64,000 nt of DNA from the IMG/VR virus record IMGVR_UViG_3300002307_000050; one strand, 5' to 3'. Made by a program: the position numbers and the translations under genes. Every line of letters begins with the position of its first letter. Position 1 is the stretch's first letter. The notes under the pieces are model-generated. The model was given only the letters and a program-made list of their open reading frames with translations, was not told the origin of the DNA and ran no database searches. This document shows positions 28,039 through 36,379 of this stretch, piece by piece. The DNA is from a virus.

Positions 28039-28163
28039 GAGTCTGCCCGTCGTTCTGGACTGTCTTTTCAGCAGTGAAGAAAGTGACGACTTCGCTTGAA
28101 CCTGTGTAATAGAATTTGATGAATTTAAACATATGATTTTTCGAGCACCCTATTTTTATAAAA

Positions 28164-28718
28164 TTACGCGTTGAGATAGTCAGTGACGACTCCGAGAAAC
28201 GTGCTGAGACCGTTAGATCCGCCGTTCACGAGCCTTCGAACCATTGTCCAGTCCTTCATGTCGCAGCAATGACCGATGTTGCGATCCTTGAAATACTGGG
28301 CGAGTATCTTCGCGGACACGTCTAATTGTAACGCAAGCTCTGGGTGGCACACAAGGTCAATGCCGAACTTGTCTCCGTACGCCTTGTAGTTGTTGTACCC
28401 AGTGAGCTGTATGAGGCCTCTGCCCTTGTACTTCACTCCGTCTCCGGGGCGATAGTTACCAAGGTCGAGTCGCTTCTCGTACGCGCTTCCGTCTGATATC
28501 TCCGCGATCGGCAGGAATGCCTTTCCAACCTCTGTTCGAACGGTCGCCATCGCTCCTATGAGGGTCATTGGCGTGTTGATTCCGATCTCAGTGAGTGCCT
28601 TGTTCACCGCATCGAAGCAGTCAGATGCTCCCTTCTCGTAAGGGGTGTTCTTGTAAAATTTCATGAATTGGTCTTTTGTCATATGTTTTATTGTACGATT
28701 AGAATTTTCCCTCGTCAA
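28164..28718 (-). CDS. endolysin, glycoside hydrolase family 19 (chitinase-like lysozyme), 184 aa
   Basis: GH19 signature VKYKGRGLIQLTGYNNYKAYG and surrounding helices. Confidence 0.7.
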   Translation of the reverse strand: MTRENSNRTIKHMTKDQFMKFYKNTPYEKGASDCFDAVNKALTEIGINTPMTLIGAMATVRTEVGKAFLPIAEISDGSAYEKRLDLGNYRPGDGVKYKGRGLIQLTGYNNYKAYGDKFGIDLVCHPELALQLDVSAKILAQYFKDRNIGHCCDMKDWTMVRRLVNGGSNGLSTFLGVVTDYLNA

Positions 28719-29124
28719 CTTGGCATACTTTCAGACCGAGGTGCTTGCGGTACATCTCCACGCAACGGCCACGGTCTTCGAACACGCAAACCACATCGTA
28801 TTTCTCTGCAATGTGCTCGTTATATACTGCGAGCTTTATGTTCGTATCGAGATCTTTGTTTCCTAGAGGTCTCATGTAGAGCGCCTCGTAATTGAATCCA
28901 TGATTCTCTAGCCACTCCTCAGTATCCTTTCTGCATGACTCATCTCTTCCAGTCACGAACACATGAATCGCAGTACTTCCCGCTCGAAGAGCTTGATACA
29001 GATGTCTCATCTTCGGATCAGGAATATCATCCTTGACAGTAGTGTAATCGTATGGCGTTCGATTTGTTCGATGCGCAATAGTGCCATCGATGTCCCAGAT
29101 GTAGCACTTAATTTTTGTGTCCAT
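28699..29124 (-). CDS. HAD-superfamily phosphatase (polynucleotide 3'-phosphatase or nucleotidase-like), 141 aa
   Basis: N-terminal DxDGT motif (IWDIDGTIA), a downstream VTGR motif and an acidic motif. Confidence 0.65.
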   Translation of the reverse strand: MDTKIKCYIWDIDGTIAHRTNRTPYDYTTVKDDIPDPKMRHLYQALRAGSTAIHVFVTGRDESCRKDTEEWLENHGFNYEALYMRPLGNKDLDTNIKLAVYNEHIAEKYDVVCVFEDRGRCVEMYRKHLGLKVCQVDEGKF

Positions 29125-29356
29125 GCTTGCTCATCTTTTTGATTAGTAAGTCAAACTCTGGGTAGAAGAAGTCTCGAACCTCGGTGACTCCGGTCATGTC
29201 GTGGCACACGTCGCACGGTGCATCGTGGAATGTAGATGTCTGCGACTTGAGTTCCTTTGGGCTTCTTCCGAACTTCTTCAGGCACGTAAGAACGTTTGCT
29301 GAGACACCGCACGGCATACAGACTTGTTGTATTTTCATAATTAGTGAATTAGCCAA
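29108..29356 (-). CDS. Cys-rich small protein (82 aa), putative Zn-binding
   Basis: CxxC...C...CDVCHD pattern. Confidence 0.35.
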   Translation of the reverse strand: MANSLIMKIQQVCMPCGVSANVLTCLKKFGRSPKELKSQTSTFHDAPCDVCHDMTGVTEVRDFFYPEFDLLIKKMSKHGHKN

Positions 29357-29450
29357 TAAACGAACGATATCTCAAGCACTAAACAAATGATGACCATCAA
29401 GCATCCGAGTCTGCGACCACCCTTGTCATTGTTATCCTCTAGGTTTCTCA

Positions 29451-29639
29451 TTATATTTTCTTATTGATAGTCTTAGGCTCGTCATCAGCTAACCATCTGA
29501 TAAAACCTGCAAACGACGGAGCGACTAGATCTGGTAAGTTTGAGAAACTGTAACCTTCTCCTGCTCGGTTACTCAGTGATTCATCGTTGAATTTTTTACA
29601 AACCTTCCCGTATTCCCTGAGTTTTTCAACAAGATCCAT
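29451..29639 (-). CDS. hypothetical protein (62 aa)
   Basis: ORF abutting the coiled-coil gene. Confidence 0.3.
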   Translation of the reverse strand: MDLVEKLREYGKVCKKFNDESLSNRAGEGYSFSNLPDLVAPSFAGFIRWLADDEPKTINKKI

Positions 29640-30691
29640 TAGAGATTTTCGATTTCTTTTTTGACCTCTTCCGACAGAGCGATCAATTTTTTAGTTGCTT
29701 CCATTGCGATCTTCTGACCTGAGTCACTGAGCCCGAACGGAGCGATGAGATTGCGGATCTCCTCTGCGAACTTCATGAGCTTCTCCTTGTCTGGAGCGAG
29801 CGCTGCCTGACGGTCAGCCTCTTCCTTTGCCTTCTTTTCGTCGAGCTCTTTCTGGAGGCGATCCTTCTCTGCCTTCTCCTCGGCCTCTTTCTTCTCGCGA
29901 GCCTCGCGTTCGAGCTTCTCGTTCTTCTCTTTCTCGATGCGGATAGCCTCGTCGTGCTGTCGCTGAGTCTCTGCCTTCTCGGCATTCTCCTTTGCGATGC
30001 GCTCGTCGTCAAGCTTCTTCTGATCAGCCTCCTTCTGCTTGGCGATGCGATTCTCCTCGGCGAGTCGATTGTTCTCTTCTCGGAGCTTGCGATCTTCCTC
30101 TTCCTTCTTTTCCTTCTCGATACGTTCCTTTTCGTCTGCCTCTTCCTTCTGCTTTAAGCGGAGGGCGTGAGACTCCATCGATGTCTCGAGGAGCTTCTGG
30201 AAAGCTGATTCCGGCATCTCCTTGAGCCCGAACACGAGGCTAAGGTCGATCACATACGGCTTGAGCTGCGCTATACGGTCCTCTAGGCGCTGTCTCTCTT
30301 CCTTTGCACGTCTTTCTGTGGCAATGCGTAGCGCGGTCTTCTCGAGGCCTTCTAGCATCTCCTCAATCGGTTCTATGGCGCCCTTGACCTTCTTCGCGAT
30401 CTGGTCGATCGCAGTTCCTTTCTTGAGATATTCCTCTTTGAAGCTCTTGCGGTCATTCTCCGCATCGCAACGAATGTCCTTGAGCGCGAGGCGGACGGTA
30501 CGAGCCTTTTCCATGCCCTCCTTGTCGTTCTCGTCTGCGACGGTTATCGTCTTCGCCTCTTCGATGAGGCGTGCTGACTCTGACATGTGGACACTGAAGC
30601 AGTTCACGATAGACTCGGCTTCAGTGAGCACGATTCCGTTTGCTTGGATGATCTCAACCAGAGACATCTCTTTTTTTTCTTGATCTGACAT
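29639..30691 (-). CDS. E/K-rich charged coiled-coil protein (~351 aa; ORF opens at 30808, likely start MSDQEKKEM at 30691)
   Basis: Long KEEAD/EKERIEKEKKEEEDRKLREE charged single-helix or coiled-coil region in the C-terminal half. Confidence 0.45.
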   Translation of the reverse strand: MSDQEKKEMSLVEIIQANGIVLTEAESIVNCFSVHMSESARLIEEAKTITVADENDKEGMEKARTVRLALKDIRCDAENDRKSFKEEYLKKGTAIDQIAKKVKGAIEPIEEMLEGLEKTALRIATERRAKEERQRLEDRIAQLKPYVIDLSLVFGLKEMPESAFQKLLETSMESHALRLKQKEEADEKERIEKEKKEEEDRKLREENNRLAEENRIAKQKEADQKKLDDERIAKENAEKAETQRQHDEAIRIEKEKNEKLEREAREKKEAEEKAEKDRLQKELDEKKAKEEADRQAALAPDKEKLMKFAEEIRNLIAPFGLSDSGQKIAMEATKKLIALSEEVKKEIENL

Positions 30692-30702
30692 AAAATATAT
30701 TT

Positions 30703-31014
30703 TTAATCGAATATTGTTTTTTGGATTGGTTTTACGACATCCCCCTCCGTTGTTGTAACTTTCACGTATTCCACGACTACCTTCTTCTGAGGCTTGTACG
30801 CATACCATGACACCTTCACCCCGTTCTCTCCCTTGCGATGGTCGACATCGAGTATTCCCTCAGCAGTAAGCTCTCGGAGCCGTCTGGCCGCGTTGGAGGA
30901 TTCGTATCCTGCCCTTGCTGCGAGCTTCTGTAGCTCTCCCCCGCACACGAACTGATTTGGGAAGTTCTTCAGATACTTGATGAGACGATCCGAGAGGCTT
31001 AGTTCCTGAGTCAT
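30703..31014 (-). CDS. winged-helix DNA-binding protein (103 aa)
   Basis: wHTH-like segment GELQKLAARAGYESSNAARRLRELTAEGIL. Confidence 0.4.
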   Translation of the reverse strand: MTQELSLSDRLIKYLKNFPNQFVCGGELQKLAARAGYESSNAARRLRELTAEGILDVDHRKGENGVKVSWYAYKPQKKVVVEYVKVTTTEGDVVKPIQKTIFD

Positions 31015-31018
31015 GATG

Positions 31019-31348
31019 CTACTTCTTTTTCTTCGCTACCGGCTTCTTAACTGGAGCCTTTGAGTCTTTTGCCTTTGCTTCTGCAAATTTTTCGTGAGCC
31101 ATCTGGTGCAATAGACTTCCAACCATAACTTTCTTGATTGCTTCGTAGCACAAAGGATGCTCGAGAACTATTTGCATCGCGTGCTGAAGACTCACTCCAT
31201 GATTGAGGAATGTGCCTTGGGCAGTTCCCTTCTCATCCTCAGTGAGGATCAATACAAATGCGTTTCCGTTCTTTACTGATGCCTTTTTAAGCTTCTCGAT
31301 TTCTTTGTCCAATTTTGGACCCCACACTACCTTCTTTTTTGATGACAT
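31019..31348 (-). CDS. small protein with a histone H1-like lysine-rich C-terminal tail (109 aa)
   Basis: C-terminus AKAKDSKAPVKKPVAKKKK. Confidence 0.4.
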   Translation of the reverse strand: MSSKKKVVWGPKLDKEIEKLKKASVKNGNAFVLILTEDEKGTAQGTFLNHGVSLQHAMQIVLEHPLCYEAIKKVMVGSLLHQMAHEKFAEAKAKDSKAPVKKPVAKKKK

Positions 31349-31352
31349 ATGA

Positions 31353-31562
31353 TTATATTATTTTACCGATAATTGAGCCTACGTGCTTCTCGAAGAGATC
31401 TTCCTGCTGAACGAAGTGCTTTCTCTCGAGGTCTTCAACCTCCTTCTTCTGATCCACTTCGACAACCTTGAGTTCGTCGTCGTAGCGTTTCTGGGCGAGT
31501 TTGATTTTCTTGTTGATCGCATCCCAAACGCGACTCTTTATGCTTCTGTTTCCGAATAACAT
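31353..31562 (-). CDS. hypothetical protein (69 aa) upstream of the SPFH gene
   Basis: Packed ORF. Confidence 0.3.
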   Translation of the reverse strand: MLFGNRSIKSRVWDAINKKIKLAQKRYDDELKVVEVDQKKEVEDLERKHFVQQEDLFEKHVGSIIGKII

Positions 31563-31565
31563 AGA

Positions 31566-32429
31566 TTACTTCGCGTTGATTAGGAGGCCATTAGAAGTTT
31601 CGAGACCGCAGTATGACGTGCATCCTGCCCCGTTCCATTTCGCGATAGCCTGTGCCTGAACCTTGATCGCCTCGAGTGCGACGACTTCCTTGCCTCCTGA
31701 TGATTCGAGTGCACGAGCCTTGATCGTCTGAGCCTCTGCTTCTGCCTTTGCTGTTACGACTGTCTGCTCTGCTTCGTACTTGATCTGCTCGAGCTTGTTC
31801 TTGGCCGCTTCTGCGTTCTGAGTCGCAGTCACCTTAGCTTCGATCGCCTTGCTGAAGTCCGGAGAGAATTCAAAGTTCGTGATGCTGAAGTTTTCCATGA
31901 TCGCATCCTTTGCCGAGAACTGCTCTGTGAGGGTCTTCGACACGAGTGTCGCGACTTCCGCGCGCTTCGTCACGAGCTCTTCTGCCGTGTACTGAGCCGA
32001 CGTTGACTTCACTGTCTCGCGGATCATTGGCTCGATCACGTTGAGCTGATAGTTCTCGACTGAGTTGTACTGCTGAAAGATCTTGTCTACCTTGGTCCCA
32101 TCGATGTGGTAGTTCACGACTACTGCGATCGATACGTCCTGAAGGTCCTTTGATGCTGCTGAGAGAGAGCTGTATTCTGAGTTGTCACTAGTTGCTGACT
32201 TGTTGTCGAATGCGACTGTGAGGGTCTTTACGTTCATCTTGTGAACGCTGTCGACAAAAGGGACTTTCATGTAGAGGCCAGTGTCGAGGACTGACTTGAC
32301 CGCTCCGAAGCGAGTCTTCACTCCGCGCTCTCCGGCTGAGATCGTTCCGAATGACAATGAGAGCACGATGATCACGATGAGCACAAGCACGATGCTCTTG
32401 ATGAGCTTTGCGATTTGATTATTTTGCAT
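31566..32429 (-). CDS. SPFH/band-7 (prohibitin/HflC-like) membrane protein, 287 aa
   Basis: N-terminal TM helix followed by ERGVKTRFGAV and the typical SPFH core and C-terminal helical region. Confidence 0.7.
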   Translation of the reverse strand: MQNNQIAKLIKSIVLVLIVIIVLSLSFGTISAGERGVKTRFGAVKSVLDTGLYMKVPFVDSVHKMNVKTLTVAFDNKSATSDNSEYSSLSAASKDLQDVSIAVVVNYHIDGTKVDKIFQQYNSVENYQLNVIEPMIRETVKSTSAQYTAEELVTKRAEVATLVSKTLTEQFSAKDAIMENFSITNFEFSPDFSKAIEAKVTATQNAEAAKNKLEQIKYEAEQTVVTAKAEAEAQTIKARALESSGGKEVVALEAIKVQAQAIAKWNGAGCTSYCGLETSNGLLINAK

Positions 32430-32432
32430 ATT

Positions 32433-32795
32433 TTAATATTTAATGATAATTTCTATTCTTGGTTTTTCCTTGTCCACGTAGAAGTAGTCAGCGAATCCGT
32501 CTATGGCGTTCCAGTTGTCCTGTTGCAGGACCCCCGCGCTCTGTAGGCCGTCTAGGATGAACTTCTTCGCGAATGCGATGTTGTCCTTGTCTATCTTCCT
32601 GTTCTTGCAGTGCCAATAGAACTCTATTATGCACGGTGCGTATACGGGTTGGAGCCTTTGGCTCTTCGCCGAGTACATCACGATCTCACTGTCCTCCTTC
32701 TTGATCGATGCGGCTGCGAATCTGTTCGTTCGCGCTGCCTTGTCGTACCTGTTGAAGTCCGTGAGCGAGCCTTCGATGATCAGTTTCTGTTGCAT
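32433..32795 (-). CDS. rusA: RusA-like Holliday-junction resolvase (120 aa)
   Basis: RKIDKDNIAFAKKFILDGLQSAGVLQQDNWNAI matches the RusA catalytic motif RRRDLDNLxKAxxDALxxAGxxxDDxQV. Confidence 0.6.
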   Translation of the reverse strand: MQQKLIIEGSLTDFNRYDKAARTNRFAAASIKKEDSEIVMYSAKSQRLQPVYAPCIIEFYWHCKNRKIDKDNIAFAKKFILDGLQSAGVLQQDNWNAIDGFADYFYVDKEKPRIEIIIKY

Positions 32796-33061
32796 TAGTA
32801 GTACTTCCGCTCACCCGTGTCCTCATACATTGTTGAGTTGACGATGTTCTCGACTGCCTCTATCTGCTTGTCAGTGATGATCTCCTTGGTCTCGATGTAG
32901 GTCATGACAGACTGTAGGAACTCTGAGCAGTACTCGTACATCGAACTGTCCAACATCTTCCCTACTTTCTCGTAGTACTCTAAAGTCAACAAAGACCTAT
33001 CCTTTATTTTCTTGTCATCGAGCGACTTCTTAATTTCGAAAAAATGTTGTAGTTCGTTCAT
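32795..33061 (-). CDS. hypothetical protein (88 aa)
   Basis: ORF. Confidence 0.35.
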   Translation of the reverse strand: MNELQHFFEIKKSLDDKKIKDRSLLTLEYYEKVGKMLDSSMYEYCSEFLQSVMTYIETKEIITDKQIEAVENIVNSTMYEDTGERKYY

Positions 33062-33065
33062 AGGA

Positions 33066-33392
33066 TTATGCCTGAGCTGTTACCTGACCCTGATTGAGTT
33101 CCGCACCTGCGACAGACGAGTCTGCCACTACTTCTGCGTTTGCAGTTGTTGCACCTACTACTGGGACAATAAACCAGTCGTCAGCGAACATGCTTTCGCA
33201 CGAGAGATCGAGGGGGAACTTGTCGTCGCCCTTGATCATGTAGAGGTAAGGCTTCGTCATCTTGCTGTTTTCGTCTGGGTACTGTGCCTTCATTGAGATG
33301 TGCACTGCACTTTTCCAAGCGAGACGAGAAACTTCTGCACCGCCCTTGCAAGATTCGAGAGCTTCACCGAATGTCATTGTGTTTTCATTCAT
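33066..33392 (-). CDS. DUF2829/Tad2-like protein (candidate anti-Thoeris signal sponge), 108 aa
   Basis: MTFGEALESCKGGAEVSRLAWKS...YLYMIKG...DDWFIV matches the DUF2829 pattern (MxFxEALxxxKxGKKVxRxxW...DDWxIV). Confidence 0.5.
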   Translation of the reverse strand: MNENTMTFGEALESCKGGAEVSRLAWKSAVHISMKAQYPDENSKMTKPYLYMIKGDDKFPLDLSCESMFADDWFIVPVVGATTANAEVVADSSVAGAELNQGQVTAQA

Positions 33393-33406
33393 ACGATTTG
33401 TTTTGT

Positions 33407-33578
33407 TGAGAGTGGTGATGAGGGAGAGGGTAGCTTTGCACGATCGCTATTCTGCGTAAGGTATGACCTTTTCCCCTTGTTTCGGTACGCTTTACGAATA
33501 GCCACCCATCACTTTATTTTACCCTTTGAATGATGATCGCTTAGTACACGTCTGCACCTCCCTCTCACCACCACCCTC
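33407..33578 (-). promoter_or_regulatory. long-range RNA stem (~22 bp, including G-U pairs only possible in the minus-strand transcript) enclosing ~125 nt and sequestering the region just upstream of the Tad2-like start; candidate RNase III processing or translational control structure
   Basis: Plus-strand gagagtggtgatgagggagaggg (33407..33429) against cctccctctcaccaccaccctc (33557..33578): 21 of 22 positions pair in the minus-strand RNA. Confidence 0.35.
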
Positions 33579-33596
33579 GATTAAGAACTTAATAAA

Positions 33597-34031
33597 TTAC
33601 GCTGTTGGTCCGGCTGCGTTTTCCGTCACAGCCTGAGCAGTAGTAGCACCTTCCTTAACCTTGTTCACAACATCAGTGACTTCGTATGTAGTGCTGAAAC
33701 TCTCTCCATGCTTGGTGAGGGTGAAAGAACTACCGATGTCAATTTTGTTTTCGACGAAGAGTTGGATGAGCTTCGATGAGCTTGTGTTCAACTTCTTCAC
33801 CTTCAAACCTTCTTCAGTCATTACGTCAACATCGAAGGACATTACCGCACTTGTGACACCTGTTTTATCGTCGGTCTTTGTGTCAGCTTTCATCGCACGC
33901 AAGCTTTCAATGTGGACTGATTCTCCGGACTCGATTGAGAGCCATGGTGAGTTTGCCTTTTTGAGCGCTTCGAACTTGTTAGCCTGATTTTCTAGAATTG
34001 ACATTTTTTTATGTGTTGGGGCGTACCCCAA
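33597..34031 (-). CDS. hypothetical protein (144 aa)
   Basis: ORF. Confidence 0.4.
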   Translation of the reverse strand: MGYAPTHKKMSILENQANKFEALKKANSPWLSIESGESVHIESLRAMKADTKTDDKTGVTSAVMSFDVDVMTEEGLKVKKLNTSSSKLIQLFVENKIDIGSSFTLTKHGESFSTTYEVTDVVNKVKEGATTAQAVTENAAGPTA

Positions 34032-34036
34032 TTAAA

Positions 34037-34270
34037 TTAACTTGTAACATCTAACGGTGTATGAGGTTCAGACTGCTTCGGTTGCTCGATCTTTCGCATT
34101 CCCCGATGCTCCAGAAACTGATTTACTTCAGCCATGGAGATTCGGATTGCGCGAAGTCCGACCTTTCGAGACTTCAGCTTTCCTTGTTTCAAATAATTGT
34201 AGACTGTCTGTCTACTTATTCCCAGATACGATGCGACGTCATCTGGAGATAACAATTTTTCTTCATTCAT
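34037..34270 (-). CDS. HTH DNA-binding protein, excisionase/AlpA/MerR-type (77 aa)
   Basis: LSPDDVASYLGISRQTVYNYLKQGKLKSRKVGLRAIRI matches the Xis-type HTH_17 pattern. Confidence 0.6.
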   Translation of the reverse strand: MNEEKLLSPDDVASYLGISRQTVYNYLKQGKLKSRKVGLRAIRISMAEVNQFLEHRGMRKIEQPKQSEPHTPLDVTS

Positions 34271-34319
34271 ACTCTTGAATTATAGCACCTTATTTATGAC
34301 TATTGTATACTGTTGATAA

Positions 34320-34730
34320 CTATACACCATCTTTTTTATCATTTGGCAAGGTCTTACTGAGGTGATCTTGCATGGCTTTTTCCCTTACCTCTCGAAACTT
34401 GTGAAGCGTGTATATCTTTGTCGCGAGTATTCCTATCATGTTTTTCGTCTGAGGATCGACGTTCCCCATCGGGTTGTTCAGCGCGGGTTCCATGTGCTTG
34501 AGCCCCTCGAGCATCCCGAGCTCGTACGCGTACATGGCATCGCCGGTGAGCGGTATACCGAGATCCTTGAGGTAGTTCGTCATCTTCTCCTGAATGTTCG
34601 GATCCATGAGATGAGTCATGTTGAGCTGATGCGCGTTGTGCTTCTCGAAGTCGTCGCACCACAATTTCAAAACTTTCTCTCTTTTTCTTTCTGCCATAAA
34701 ATTAAACTTGATAAGACTCGATTTCACCAT
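34320..34730 (-). CDS. hypothetical protein (136 aa; alternative start MAERKREK at 34697)
   Basis: ORF. Confidence 0.4.
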   Translation of the reverse strand: MVKSSLIKFNFMAERKREKVLKLWCDDFEKHNAHQLNMTHLMDPNIQEKMTNYLKDLGIPLTGDAMYAYELGMLEGLKHMEPALNNPMGNVDPQTKNMIGILATKIYTLHKFREVREKAMQDHLSKTLPNDKKDGV

Positions 34731-35460
34731 CGATATACTTTGCGACGTTCAAAGCGCTGTCTCTTATTTTTAACATTTTCTCATGAGCTTTTGTGTGCTT
34801 TCCATCCATGACTTCTTTGACGGCCTTTCCAATGTTTTCTCCGTGCCATGTATCAATCTGGAATCCGGCTTCTTTCTCAAATTTCTTAACTCGATCAAAA
34901 AGTTCGTTATAGTTTTTCTGAGCGGATTCACCATCTCGCTTTGAAGACTCTTTGCCCCTTTTATATTCAGCATCAAGTTCTCCTTTAATGAGATCGCGTG
35001 CAATACTTCGCTCCACCATGTTTCTCATGATCGCTCCGAGAAACAGTTTATCGATTGCTACAGGCTCAAGTCTGGTTGCCTCTTTCACTATCTTCATTCC
35101 TCCCTTGTCGTTTGGAACCATGAGACCCCACGTGAGTGGAAGCTCTCCATCCTTAACGATGTCAGGATCTCCTACTGCAAGATACCAGTAGTCGCAATAC
35201 TTAGCGAGATCTTCTGCCTTCTGCGGATCCTTGAGCTCTTTGAGCCAGTCAGTGCGGGAGACTTTTACTTCTATTCCCGCGAGATAGATCCCGCGACTAG
35301 GCCAGAGACTCATGAACATTGCATCTGCAGTTCGAGCACTCTTTTCGTAACCCGTTCCATTTCTAACTTGGGTGAGCATCGCATACGCGGGAGCGCACCA
35401 TACTTTTCCGAGAGCTGATATCACTTCGTCAGTGTTCAATGTTTTCTTTTTTTCTGACAT
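34702..35460 (-). CDS. MmcB-like (DUF1052) PD-(D/E)XK-family nuclease or DNA-repair protein (~252 aa; ORF opens at 35679, likely start MSEKKK at 35460)
   Basis: GIYLAGIEVKVSRTDWLKELKD...YCDYWYLAVGDPDIV...LPLTWGLMV matches the MmcB signature GEIxxVExKxSRxDF...D.KW...YCD.fyfAV; D...E-V-K resembles a PD-(D/E)XK core. Confidence 0.45.
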   Translation of the reverse strand: MSEKKKTLNTDEVISALGKVWCAPAYAMLTQVRNGTGYEKSARTADAMFMSLWPSRGIYLAGIEVKVSRTDWLKELKDPQKAEDLAKYCDYWYLAVGDPDIVKDGELPLTWGLMVPNDKGGMKIVKEATRLEPVAIDKLFLGAIMRNMVERSIARDLIKGELDAEYKRGKESSKRDGESAQKNYNELFDRVKKFEKEAGFQIDTWHGENIGKAVKEVMDGKHTKAHEKMLKIRDSALNVAKYIDGEIESYQV

Positions 35461-35462
35461 AA

Positions 35463-35819
35463 CTACTTCACTCCTACGAGTATCCAAGGTGGTAATGGCA
35501 TCTCCTGAGTCTGAGACTTCCAGAGGTGCAGACAGAACGGGTGGTTGTTGATGTACTCGCTTTCCGGCGGGTGGTACTGAACCACGCACGCATCCTTGCC
35601 CCAGAACATCTCTTTGATGAAGCACATCTCGCGCCAGTTGGGCGTTCGATTCTTGAGGGACACTGAGACGTGATCCCATCCCTCTCCGTCGCTCACGATG
35701 ACCTGCATCACGAAGCTCTCGAATGGAACGATGAACACTCCGTTGTTGCCGTACGACATGTCAGAAGACAGGTAGTGACCGAGCTGTTGAAAGCGATATT
35801 TTTCTGGTACTTGAAACAT
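35463..35819 (-). CDS. conserved phage hypothetical protein (118 aa)
   Basis: ORF; abuts the downstream gene at 35460. Confidence 0.4.
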   Translation of the reverse strand: MFQVPEKYRFQQLGHYLSSDMSYGNNGVFIVPFESFVMQVIVSDGEGWDHVSVSLKNRTPNWREMCFIKEMFWGKDACVVQYHPPESEYINNHPFCLHLWKSQTQEMPLPPWILVGVK

Positions 35820-35847
35820 AAATTTTATTATTAAAGCACTCTAATAA

Positions 35848-36375
35848 TTACCAACCGTAGTAGACCAACACATCATTTTCCCAATCGAAACTTTTCAGTA
35901 TTCTAATGAGATCAAAGATGGCATAGTCTCTCTTCCAACTTCTCACGAGATTTGGCTTTGTGAGGTCAAGATCATAAGGACAACATCCGAAGTCTCCTCT
36001 CCATTCCGAAGCACGACTCTCAGCCTGAGAAATAAGCTCTTCATGAGTCTTTGTTTTACATTCCTCAAACCATTCTGCCATCTCTTTACGCTCCTTCTCT
36101 ATAATCCCCAAGAGAAATTCCTTATCTACTACCCAAAAATCATGATCTCCAGAAAAATGTGCCATTATATTTGCGTTGGCAAAAAATGGATTATATTTTT
36201 CTGTGTCAACATCATAATATTTTCCAAATTCATGAATTTCTTTGACGAGCTTGTATACACTCACCCAATCTTGATCTTTGTCCCCGTATTTTTCACACAA
36301 ATATGGATACGACATTTTCTGCATTTTGTCATGCTCTTCTTTTGAAACTTTTCCCAAATATAATCTGTATCCCAT
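35848..36375 (-). CDS. hypothetical protein (175 aa)
   Basis: ORF. Confidence 0.4.
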   Translation of the reverse strand: MGYRLYLGKVSKEEHDKMQKMSYPYLCEKYGDKDQDWVSVYKLVKEIHEFGKYYDVDTEKYNPFFANANIMAHFSGDHDFWVVDKEFLLGIIEKERKEMAEWFEECKTKTHEELISQAESRASEWRGDFGCCPYDLDLTKPNLVRSWKRDYAIFDLIRILKSFDWENDVLVYYGW

Positions 36376-36379
36376 ATAT

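Noticed and set aside
27938-28132. 64-aa ORF between the endolysin and the holin
   Set aside because: Overlaps the two-TM holin ORF by 100 nt in another frame and has no distinguishing features. Possibly a real small lysis regulator, but unsupported
34354-34811. ORFs 34354..34662 (-, R/H-rich) and 34362..34811 (+) overlapping the 34320..34730 gene
   Set aside because: Overlapping shadow ORFs; the minus-strand frame that fits the operon packing is retained
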